This document shows, one piece after another, positions 23,061-34,994 of a stretch of 64,000 bases of DNA (position 1 is its first letter; every line of letters starts with the position of its first letter). Source of the stretch: Phaeosaccion multiseriatum (taxonomy: Eukaryota > Protista > Ochrophyta, other classes); contig OZ218951.1 of assembly GCA_965112735.1 (NCBI GenBank), positions 2,852,001 to 2,916,000 of the forward strand, in the 5' to 3' direction. The position numbers and the translations under genes were made by a program. The notes beneath the pieces were generated by a model. It was not told the origin of the DNA. It did not search any database and saw nothing but the letters and a program-made list of their open reading frames with translations.

Positions 23061-23267
23061 ATCTTTAGGGGGAGGGAGTGTGGAGGGGCAATCGGGAAAA
23101 AAAATCAGGAAAATGGTTTCCAGGTCGAGGTATGTACCAGATTCAATTCACCCCTCCCCCCCCTCCCCTCTCTCTTCAAACCTCTACCCACACTACTCGG
23201 ACCGAGCAGCGAAGTAGGAAGACGCTCCATGTGTGCAGATTTCTTGTTCCAGTGGAGCTGGTGAAGG

Positions 23268-26200
23268 ATGTCCAGTGACTCGAGACGACGGAGGAGGAGT
23301 CCTACTTTGGAGCGAGACGAAGACGCGGCGTTTAAACCAGCACCTCCTCCTTCTTTTCTCTCAAAAGGGCTTGACGAAGGCAGAGTACCGTCCACCCACT
23401 CGCTACTCCCGCCCCCCTCGCCGCCACCACCGCGGCATAGCCACGAGGAGGGTCTCTCTGTCATTGCACGGCACATTAAGCGCTTCCGGGAGGAGCCACC
23501 GCGGTCTGCCGAGGAGAGGAGAAAGTCGCGGGGGGCAGGAGCAGCACCAGGAGACGAGTTTTGGTGGATTAGTGGCCGGAAAGGGGTGCCCGCGGGGCAT
23601 GGAGAGGGGTATGGGGAGAAGAGGGCTGGAGGCCAGCAAGGTGGGGTCCAATGGGGGCAGGGAGACGAGGGTGGTGGCGGTGGTGGCGGTGGTGGTGATG
23701 GTAGAAAGGGGGCGCCAGAAGCGAGGAAGAGGGGCACCGTCTATCGCTATAGAGACGCGGTGTCGTCTTCTGATCATAGCGAGGAGGAGGACGTCGACGA
23801 AGACTACGTGGAGGAGACGGAGGGGGGAACGGGGGCAGGGGCCGAAGCGGAGGGTGTGGGAGGCGAGCCCCTCTTCTCTCTTGCCGCTGCGCCGCAAGAG
23901 CCGCCAGCCCGCATCAAAGAAGAAGAAGAGGAGGAGGAAAAGGGCAGCACTGCTTGGGCACGTTTGATCGAGAGGCACAGGCGTGTGCGAACAGCAGAGG
24001 CACAGCCATCATCCAGTGGGGGTGGAGAGGGCCTTCTGCTGTCATCGGAAGACTTAGTCACCGCCATTGGTGGTGGCCCCGTGGCCCCTGCGCCAGCATC
24101 TCGGTGTGAAGGGGCAGCAGGAAGGGGAGGGCGGCGAAGAGGCGGGGTTGGTGGTGGAGGAGGGTGGGAAGGCAGTCGTAATGACACTGAGACCGAGACC
24201 GACACCGGAGACCAGGCTCACGCCACGCCAACACCCTCCCTTGATGTGGACGTTTCATCGTCTCTATCGCGGCTAGACCGTCGAGCCAGTCTAGTGCTGA
24301 AGCAGTGTAGTGCTCTTCTGTCGAGCGGCAGCGACGAGAATGACAATCTGTCCGAAAATGAGGAGGACTGGCGTCACAATGGCGACGAATACGATGATGA
24401 AGAGAGCCGGAAGGACCCTGGCTGGGAGGAGGCCAAGGGATTGGGATTAGGATCGGGATTGGAGAGGAGTGAGTACTACTCAAAGATGCTCGGAACGGAG
24501 GGGAAAGATGACGACCTGGTGCGAGCTTCCCCGGCCAACGACGAGGCTGGGGGGGGGGTGGAGCATGGGAGAAACCCTACCACGGACAGGGTTAGTGCCA
24601 CTACCAATGCTGCTGCGGCCTTCTCGGAGAACACACAAAGGATGTTGGACGCCCTGCTGCCCTGTGTACCACCAACTGCTGCTGCTGCTGCTGCTGGAGG
24701 AGGAGGAAGCACAGTGTTTTCTTGTTCAAGGCAAAGCTACAGCAGCCAGACCACCCCTACCTCATGTGATGTTGCCGCCGCGGTGGAAGAGGCCGTGACA
24801 GCCGTGGCAAGAGGAGGGCAGGCGGCGGAAGCGGAGGAGAGAGACGTAAGCAGCTTGTATGCCGAACTACAAGCTGCTCTCCGCAGCAGCGTAGGAGAGG
24901 GGGAGGCGAGGGAGGAGGGTGATCAGCTGAAGGAGGAGCATGCAGCTACGGCGCGACCAGGCTTGTTTTCGTATACGCCGCCTGCTTTACAACAGAGTGG
25001 CTATGGGAAGGAAGCAACAGTGGAAGACGACGAGGAGGACGAGGAGGAGGGGGGGGGGGGACGATGAGAAGGAGGAAGTGGAGAAAGGAATTTCCGCGTC
25101 CTCAGGAGCTGCAGGAGCAGGAGCATCAGGAGCAGCCACAGCAGGCCTGCTGGAGCATGAACAGCGAGAGCAGCAGCAGCAGCAGGAGGAGGAGCAGGAG
25201 CAGGAGCAGGAGGAGCAGGAGCAGGAGCAGGAGAAGGAGGGGAAGGGCGTGGAGGAGGGGGAGGGTGTGAAGGAGGGAAAGGAGTGGAAGGAGGGCGTGG
25301 AGGGTGTGAAGGAGGGGAAGGAGGATATGAAGGATGGGAAGGAGGAGGAGGAGGAGGAGGAGGAGGAGGAGGAGGAGGAGGAGGAGGAGGAGCTACCGAC
25401 TGTGCTGTCTCCGAGCAACAGCGTGGGCGGCTTGAGCATGACCTCTGCGGGGTCCGAGAGCCCCCGGGGGGCGATGATTCGCATCAGCCACGAGGTGGTG
25501 ATACAAAGTCTGTCTCGTTCACCAAGTCCGTCTTTGTCGCCCTCCTCCTGTCGAGGGGGAGACAAGAGTGGCTTCTCGCTTTACGAGGTAACCAGTGGTA
25601 GTAGTGGTGGTGACAGCGGTGGTGTTATTGGCAGTGGAAGTGGCAGTGGTGGCGTGCACAATGCTGGTCAGGGTGCTGACACGGAAGATCCAACGGGGCA
25701 GCAGCAGGAGGGGGGGAAGCAGGAGCAGGAGGATGGACACCAGCAGCAGGAGGAGGATCAGGGCGTGGAGGAGAGCAAGGGGGCGGACTTGGAGATCGCA
25801 ACGATGCTCGTCAATTGTGGCGTTGACTTCCAAGATCCAAAGTCGCAGCCAACGTCCCCTCTCTTGGAGGCCGAAGTTACAGTGGGAGCAGCAGCGCAAC
25901 GACCATCCACAGGAGGAGGAGGAGGAGGAGGAGGAGGAGCTAGTGGAGAGGAAGAGCGACAAACAGGAGGGGGAAGAGGAGGAGCTGCTAGCGGAGAGAG
26001 GATGGGTAGCGGAGAGGAAGAGGCTATGATTAAGACGCAGCAGGAGGACGAGCAGCACGAGCACAAGAAGGAGAGCGTACTGACCGAAGCGCTGCGTGTC
26101 ACTACTTCGCTCGTGCAGGACCATCACGATGACGAGGATAGTGATGCGCTGCAGATGCAGATGCTGACTCTCTCTCTCTCCTTGTCTCTGACTCCGTCGC

Positions 26201-26739
26201 CCTCACCGTCGGCGTCGCCATCCGGACTACTTCTCCCCTCCTCGCCGCCTGCTGCTATATCACCAACTGTTGCATCTGCGTCTGCGTCGCGAAAGACATC
26301 ATGGCACGAGTGGGCGGAGGGGAAGGGGGGAGGTGGTGGCCCTGATGTCGGGTATGGTGATGCCGCGCCACTCGGAGAAAACCAGGAGGAGGAGGAAGAA
26401 GAAGAGGAGGAGGAGAAGGAGAAGGAGGAGGAGGAGGAGGAGGAGGAGGAGGAGGAGGAGGAGGAGGAGGAGGAGGAGGAGGAGGAGGAGGAGGAGGAGG
26501 AGGAGGAGGAGGAGGAGGATGAGGACGACGAGGAGAAGGCAGGAGGAGAGAGAGATGAGAAGGGTAGTGCTCTCCTCCCGACGACTCCTCAGCAAAAGAG
26601 CGAGGAGGGGAGGCGAGGCGACGCCGGGGTCACAGAAGACGACGACGACGACTTCTCGGATGATGTCATTGTGCAGATGCTGTCCAAGCGTGTCCACGAG
26701 CTCGAGAGGGCCATTCAAGACCTGAGCCTGAAAGCCTGA
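23268..26739 (+). CDS. PROSER3-like low-complexity protein; two overlapping ORFs joined by a 1-nt shift at the G12 run 25049-25060
   Basis: N-terminal IARHIKRFREEPPRSAEER...FWW and C-terminal FSDDVIVQMLSKRVHELERAI resemble the two conserved blocks I recall for PROSER3; acidic composition is continuous across the shift. Confidence 0.55.
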
Positions 26740-28109
26740 TGCCCTCCACATTCCAAACCTGAGCCTAGCATGGCCACTCTCTGTTCTTCTGTCCCATTCA
26801 AGACCTAAGCTTCACCACCTCTGACTGCCCCGTGTTTGTTTGTCTGCCCATGACGGATGGTGGAGGAGCAGACGCGCCCAGCAGGGGGTGGGGCTGCGAT
26901 GAGGTGCTATCCTTGCCCTCTCCGCTGGCTGATTCGGGAGCAGGCGGCGTTCGGCTTCGGAGGAGGAGAATTGGTTTACTTTTATATAAAAATCACTGTG
27001 CATTTATATTTATTTTTGCTCCGCCTCCTTTCGTTTATGGTACATACTCGGAACACGCCTTCTTGGCGTTGGAGGTTGTTTTTGTTTATGGTACACTCTA
27101 CTAACACCTGTGATGCGTTGAGAAAAAAACTATTTTGTACTACCCGTTCCTCCCTGCCTGCCTGCCACACCGCCTGCCCACCACACCGTGTCACCGCACA
27201 CACACACGCTCATGCCCCCCCCCACTGCACACAAGTACAAGTGTCTGTGCACAATGAAGAGACGAAGCGAGGCGCGTGGTGCACTTCGGGCTAACTAACT
27301 ACTCTCTCTAAACGAGCCCCCTGCATGGCTACAGCTAATACTATACCTACCACCCACCCATCCACCCATCCACCCACCGAGGGGTGAGGGGAGCAACTCT
27401 CTAAGAAAGCCACCCCCTCTCAGACCCCTTACGAGGGCCGTGGTAACTCTCCAAGACAGCCACCCCCTACCCCTCATCTCATCGCCTCTATTCTATACTC
27501 AAAATAAATTGTTGCGTTCTCCAACCATCACTATAGCTACCCCCCCCCCCCCCCACCACCACCACCACTTCAACGTAACATTTGCTCTCTAAAAAACATC
27601 TTGTTTCCCCCCGCCAATTCCACCACCCTCCTTGGTCCTCCCCCGCTTAGCTGGACCTGCTGGCCCTGCTGGAACAGAAGGCCCATCTATCTGTCACTAA
27701 AAAGCCCATTCCTCTTCCCATGCTCGAATGTACTCTCTGAGAAAGAACACTCCTCTCTCCTGTCCGCTTACCCTCCCCGGGACTACCACTACCCCTCATT
27801 CCCCTCCCCCTTGCTGGCGTGCGTACCTGTTGCAGTGTACTGAAAACCATGACAAAGAGCAATTCTCCCTTGCCTCCCCCCCTCCCCCCCTCTGTTGATG
27901 TAAAGAGCCATCTCTCTTATCCAACAACCCCTCTATTGACTATCCCTGTCCCTGCCGGACCATCTGGACTTGGACCTCCTCTCCTCTGCTCCGCTCCTCC
28001 CCTGTCTCGCTTCCCTTGCCCTGCTGGACACAATCCCTCTGGTCTACTCCCCCCCCCCCCCTGCTTGGCTGCCCCTGCTCCTCTTGGACCTGGATGGGTT
28101 TGCACAGCT

Positions 28110-31100
28110 CTACTCCCCTCCGGTCTGGCCGTCGCTGCCCCTGCCGCTGCCGCTTGCGCTGAACCTCGCAGACTCCGTCCTCTGCAGACTTGCCTCGTCC
28201 CCTTCCTCCACGCCAGAGAGACGCACGGGAGGATGCCCTCCGGTACCACTGGCGGCACCATCGGCACTGCCAGCCCTCGCCTCTTCGGTGTTATCAAAGT
28301 GCTGCTGCTCCACTCCTGCACCGGAGAGGGCTCGCATGGGGGAGTCCACCCCTCCTCCTCCTCCTCCTCCGAGCTCGACACCATGACCCATCGCCCAGTC
28401 TCCCCCCTGCGCCTGCTGCACCGCCACTGCAGGCGGGCCCGTTGCCACTGCCACTGCCGGCTCTCCCCACTTCTCGGGCAGGGGGGCTGGAGAGGCGGGC
28501 GTAGCTTTGCTGGCCAACCCGGCGGGGACGGACACAGAGTGCTTGGCCTTGGAAGCCTCCAGCGGCGCCTGCTGCCTCGCACCTCCTCCCCTTCGCTGAT
28601 AGTCGGAGAAGATGGGTTCCTCCATCATTGCCTTGCGGTCGACTTCGATGAATGAGTTGCGTCGGTTGTCGTGCAGAGAAGCGTTCAGGGAGCGTATCAT
28701 GCTGCTGCCGCGGCGGTTGGCGGAGTGGCCTGCAGTGGTGTGGTGCTTAAGGGCGCTGCTGCCCCCTGCTGTTCGCGCAATACAACACCAGAAGAAAAAA
28801 ATAAAATAAAAAAGAGAGGAGGAAGGTTGGGTATGTGGGGGAGAGAATGAAGAGTGAGAAAGCATGCGCAAGAGAAGAGACGAGAGAATTGTAGAGAAGA
28901 GCGAACTCAACCCCCCCCCCCCCCCCGCTCCACCCCTACTACTAGACGAGCTCAATTTCCATTTCCTTCCCTCTGCCCAGAGTGTAATGGTGCCATCCAT
29001 GCCATGCCGTGCACAGCACAGCAAAGTCAAAACAAACAACGAGTACGTAAAGACGTACGAAACCTACCTCGACCGTCAAAGGCATCGTTGGCGACTTCGG
29101 CCTCCTCGCCAAAGTTATTGAAGCTTGTCGAGCGATTCTGCACGCTCTTCTGCCTAGCAAGGAGCCGGTCCAGATGCACCTGCTGCTGCTCCCGCTGCTC
29201 TTGCTGGCCCTCCGTCAACGCTCGACCACTACCGGTGGTGCTGTACTCAACATCTCCTCCTCCCCGATGCCCTCCGCCCACGACTCCCTTTCCCCACCCT
29301 GCTCGCTCCATTTCGGAGGTAGGGCTCGCAACGGTGCTGGCACGCCGATGCGAAGGCCCGTTTAGGTTGCGGAAGTGCCTCGGCTGCCGAGCGTGTCTCG
29401 AGCCACTTCCCACGTGGCTACTCAGGCTGGTGACCTGCCCTCCTCCGTTGTCGACGCTCTTGACACCGAGCATCAGTTCCAGGATTGGCAGCGACAGACG
29501 ACCGTTGACTGCCACCACGTCAGGGAACTTGGTGCAGGTCTTCTCCCAAATGTGGTGGGCCAGAACTATAACGGGATGGGTTCGTTGCATTGGGGTGGGT
29601 ACGGTTGGTACGGTTAGGCTGGTTTGGGTGTGGTGTGGCATGGCGTTTGATTGGGTTGGGTTGGGTTGGGTAAGGTGAAGTTGGGTTGGGTTGGGTTGGG
29701 TTGGGTTGGGTTGATTGATTTGAGGTGAGTGTGAGGGGTGAGACAATGCTTTTGAAAGCATGCGCCAAAGATCTGAGACTACTATCTTGTCGACGACAAG
29801 ATAGAGCAGCAGCACGACGCGAGCACAAAACAAAAAAAGCTCCAGCTCACCCATAACTAACTGTCCAGCCCCCCCTCCACCTCTCGCCCCCTTACCTCGG
29901 TACTCCTCGTCCTCACTGAGCTCCATCCCCTCCAACATGGACACGATGGTGCTCGCTGGTGCGTTAGGCTTCTTCTTAAACATTCCAAAGACGCTTCGGC
30001 TGTGGCTAGCGCCCGACAAGTCTCGACCATGCCTCACCGCCTCCGCATCAGCGACCGCCACCGCTAACCGTCCCTCTTCGATCGCCTCGTTTTGCATGTC
30101 CCCGACGGCAGCACCACCAGCAGCCGTTGCGAAAGACATGCCCGCCCGCTCAGGGCGAGGGAGGTATTCGTCGGTTCCGTCTCCAGCTTTGAAGTCTCCT
30201 TCCAGCCGGGTGGGGTCGTACTCCTTCACCGCTTGCTCTCCTCCGAGAAGATAGGCGCCGCCCTGTTCGCTGTCTGCTAACTTCTCTCCCGCGTCGGCTG
30301 GGGGGAGGAGGCCCTCGTTCTGGCGGATGAGAAGGCGCTTGGTCTCCTCGAGGGTCTCTTCGCGCTCCTTACGGGTCAGGGGGCGGCCAATTTCTTCCCC
30401 GTCGTGCTGGTGCTTGGAGCCTGAGGGAAATAAAAGGGAACAAAAAGGGAACGGGGGGGAAATATGAGTGAAGGAAGGGATGAGAGGATGACGCACTGGA
30501 TCAAGTGAATGACGAACTGCACACACAAGAGTAAGTTAAATGGAAGTTTATTGAGGGAAGGGACAAGGGATTGGCGGAATGAAAAAGTGAATAACGGAAT
30601 GAATGGAAGAGTAAATGGTAATGGATGAAATGGGCAGTGACAAGGAAAGGGTAAAAAATGAAGCAAGACTCTCACGAACAGGAAGAGACGAAAGGGACCC
30701 ACCCCTCCCCACCCCCCGCCTCCCCTCTCTAACTCCTGTCTCTTCTCGCGCACACACACACACACACACACACATACACACACACGCTCACTAACCGGAG
30801 TTGCCGTAGTTTTCTTCGGTCGTGTTTCGAATGACGCGCAGCACTCGGGACAGTCGCAGGACACGCAGGAGCACCACCGCCCCCGCTGCGTGCACGGCAG
30901 ACTGACTCACTCCCTTGAGGATCACGGTCAACACAAGCATGACAGCGCTGGGGTGGGGGAGAGATTCGTGGCCAGGCGCATGGGGAATAGGAGTGGGAAT
31001 GTAAGAGGGCAGGTGGGTGGGTACGTGAGTGGGTAGGTGTGGGGAGGAAGAAGCCTGACGACGAAGGCGACAATGACGACAAGAACAACGCCAACAGAAA

Positions 31101-34100
31101 CAACAACATAAAGCAAACAAATCTTACCAAAAAAGCACCCAACACAACGGAAGTGGTGTACCCTCCGAACAGCCACACAAACGCATCATATCATGTACCC
31201 CCACTACGCACCTGACGAGCACGACAAGAATGTCAATGCTCACGAGCTTGTCTCTGAAGAGCAACACATTGCAGAAGCCAGTCACGTACACCGTGAGAGC
31301 CGCCTCCAAGACAAAGAGCGACACCAGCGCCACCTCGGTGTAGAAGATCCAGTTGTCGTTGAGCCCACCGTACTCGTCGTCCTGGTTCTTGACGGTGTCG
31401 GTGTTGAAAGCGATGATGAAGAAGTCGAGAACCACGAGCAGGTTCACGGCCTCCACGGTGTAGGGGTGCCGCAGGAATTGCCTATTGTGTAGCGGTGGAT
31501 CGCATTGGGAGGATGGGTAGGTGGGTGTGGGAAAGAGAGGGAAAGAGGGGGACGGGGGTAGGGAGCGCTTAATATAAAAAATAGAAAAATAAGAAAAAAG
31601 TAAAAACAGCCTGCCTCCACCTCCCTCCCCCCTCCCCCCCCCCTTCCCTCCATCCCACTTACGCGATCCTCTCCTTGATGGGGACGGCGTCGTTCCTCCA
31701 CTGCGCCAGTCGGGTGGCCTGTTTGAGCGTGGGGGGTACGGCTCTGACGTGGAACTTGCGCTGCTGCTTGGCGAGTGCCTCGGAGATGCGCCTTCGGTCC
31801 ACCATGTCGCCAACGTGCGTCACCATGGTGAAGGCGGGGATGACCTGTGTGTGTGCGTGTGTGTGTGTGTGTGTGCGTGTGTGCGTGTGTGCATGCGTGT
31901 GTGTGTGTAGGTGGAGGAAGGGTGCACACAGGGGAGGACGGGGGTTGAGTGACGTCACACAGGGGAGAAGGGGGGTTGAGTGGGGTTGGAACAGGGCGGG
32001 AGGGGCAGGGCCTCAGTGGTGTGTGCGCTCATAGGTTGGGTGTGAAAGTTATTACACACCACGCAGGAGCCACAGTTACATATTGACCCATCACCACATT
32101 TAACCCGAAACAAGTCCCCCCCCCCCCCCCACACACACACACACCATTCCCTAAGATTTACGTCTCATACATTCTTTCATCGCTCCCTCTCTCTTCTTAC
32201 CTGCGGCAGTGTGAGGAAGTAAGTGGCGAGACTGAAGAGGATGGAGAACACCGATACGGCCAGCTCCGTCTTGCCCAAGTCACCGGAGAACTGCACCAGC
32301 AGGGCCACATTGAGTGCCAGCACAAACTGCAGGAATTGAAGACCAGAGATGACGAGCTCGGGCTTGCCGAACCAGAACATGCGCTTCTGGGACATGACGC
32401 CGTCGGAGACAACGGCCATGTCCACTTCGCCGGAGCCAGTGACGGGGCCGTGGAGGATCTCGCCATTGACGAAGTTGTTGTAGATGTGCGCCATCTGCGT
32501 GACAGGAGTGAGTGGAGGGTGGGTGGGTGGGTGAGTGAGCTGGTCCTGTCTTGTTGCGTTGGTCATGTAATGGGGAAAAGAGATGGAACCACATTATTGT
32601 TGTAACAGACTTTGGATGGCACATAAGCGCACTCTCCTCTTCCCTCTCTCCTTTTTGTAATGTCGACGTTATCATCCGTAGCATCGGTGTGATATCCGTA
32701 CCTTGGCATAGATGGCGAGGGTGGCGACGACTACAACGCATCCGCAGAGAGAGAAGAGAGCGAGCCAGCGAAACGAACCCTCATAGGCAGGGATGAGGCC
32801 CTTGATGTACATGTCGAGTGTCAAGACCCAGGCCAGCGCTACCCACACGCCCTCATGCACCTCGACAAGGTCCAGGGCAACGTGCTGAAAGAGGAGGGGA
32901 GGAGCGGAGAGGGAGAGTGGTGAGCGAGGAGGGGATGGGGGGGGGGTTGGAGGGCCAGACATGTAGGGAGGTAGAGAGGCAAGAAAGAAGGGAAGACACA
33001 GACACACAGGCGGGCAAGACAGAGCAACCACCTAACCAACCAAGCAACCAACGAAGCAGCCAACTCAACTAACCTGCTTGCACTTCTTGAGGTAGGTGGC
33101 GAAGTGGAAGTTGGCGGGCAGGCCCATGACCTTGATAAAGTGCAGGCGCAGCTCATGGTAGGACACGTGGTCGGCAAGCTCCCTCCAACGGCGGTACAGC
33201 TTGGGGTGACGTACGATGAGGAACAAGACCCTGCAAGGAGAGGGAGGGGAACAGGGGTGGGTGGGTGGGTGGGTGAGGGGCAAGGCAAGGGCAGGGTTCG
33301 GCAGGGTCCGTAGGGAGAGGGAGAGAGACAGCATGCCTGCATACACACTGGGGAAGGTCATAGTGTACCTGAAGATGTTCATTTGCTCGATCTCCTGGCG
33401 GGTCATGATGCCCATTTGTTCGGCGGTGGTTCTGTGGTGCGCCTTGAGAGTTTTATAGCGCCGCACGTCGATCTGCTCGTAGAGGTCCCAGCAGCGGGAG
33501 ATCTGCAGAGGGCAGGGCGCAGATGTGTGGGGGTGTGTGTATATCAGTGTGGTGAGTGGTGAGTGTGTGTGTGTGTGTGTGTGTGAGGAAGAAATGTCGA
33601 TGTCGATATCCTGCATCGCGTTGAAGTGCATCAGCTGAAATTGAAATTCCACACAAACTGAAACTGAATGGAGCTGGTGCGGTAGCAGGCACCGGCGAGG
33701 CCGGCCCGTTGTGAATAGGAGTGGGTTCCTTCTCCCAAACACACTCCACTGGAGGGCGATACATACGAGGGAAGCGAGGGCGTCTCCTAAACGGACTTCC
33801 GCATATGCTCCCTCTTTCCCTGCCGCGATCACCCCACATACGCACGCAACCCACCAGCTCCTTTTCTGCCGTACCGCCACGAGTAGGCCCACCCACCCAA
33901 GCATGGGACCAAAGCAGGCCCATCACAACCCATCCATCCGCCTACCCAACCACCCAAGCACCCACCAAAAACTAACCTGTCGTGATAGCACCACAATGAC
34001 TAGGATGAGAAGGGCGTAAAACATGGCCGAGAGGAAGAGCGTGAAGTGGATGATCTCGAACAAGTGCTTGTCCGTGGGGTTGAGCTTGATGGAAGAGTAG

Positions 34101-34465
34101 TCGGAGATGGCGAAGAGCGCAAAAGCGATGATACCCAGGATGGTGAGCTCCTTGTAGATGCTCTCGACCATTTCCCGCATGTGCCTTTTATGCCGCACCA
34201 GGGCGTCAAGTTGCCGAGTGAGGAACTGGAGCACGAGCACACCGCCGATGGTGAGCACCATCAGGGCATTCCACTGGTTGCTCACACTACCACTCCCACC
34301 CTCATATGCCCCCGCCGCATACGCCATCTGCGGACCAATACCCCCTCCGCCTCCACCTCCTCCGAGTGGTGAGCTGGATGACGGAAGAAGCAGTAGGCCA
34401 AGCTGAAGCGCCGCGGCTGCTGGCACGACCCCCTTCCCGCGCATGGCGCCTACCATGGCAGCCAT
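28110..34465 (-). CDS. MLO-like multi-pass membrane protein fused to a voltage-sensor domain (S1-S4) and a long disordered tail, 11 exons, about 1195 aa
   Basis: MLO motifs IYKELTILGIIAF, IHFTLF, LPANFHFATYL, FWFGKPEL; VSD LVVLD / LFVLE / IDIL / LRVLRLSRVLRVIR. Exons 34465-33977, 33502-33369, 33230-33074, 32884-32702, 32494-32201, 31844-31663, 31481-31212, 30947-30796, 30420-29851, 29565-29068, 28768-28110; all GT-AG, 3588 nt in frame. Confidence 0.8.
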
Positions 34466-34994
34466 TGAACCCTCCCTCCGCAGTCGAACGCGATGCGTAA
34501 GAGCTCTTCCCCCTTGAGCCGCTGGTGCCCCCTTAAATCTTCCGATTTCTCTCCCACTCTCCTTTTCTACCTCTTTATTTCTCGGCTTCAACGCCTTCCC
34601 CCTGTGGAGGTCCCTTCTCTACTCTTGCCCCCTTCCTGGTTGTTCGTTGTCTCCCGCAAGAAGACAAACAGCCGTAGGGCGGAGAATAATGGTTGTGACG
34701 AGAATCGGCCCGTTTAACACATACGCGTTTAAGAGATGATGGCAATGGATGGCAATGGAGATCGATGGCAATGGATGGCATGTACATCTCCACCTTCTCC
34801 TCTAACCAAAAAAACCACACCAGCGCGGGATGGAAAGTCCTGCTTGAAGTGTCCCTCTCACTCAAGCGAAGAGGATGGCGTCAAGTCCAGGTCGCGAGTA
34901 GGCTTTGCGCTGTGTTAGCGTCCCAGCGGTATCTCCTCGTGCGTTTTGGCCCCGAGTTTCCCCTGCCCCTCTCTCGCGTATAAAGGAAGGAGGA

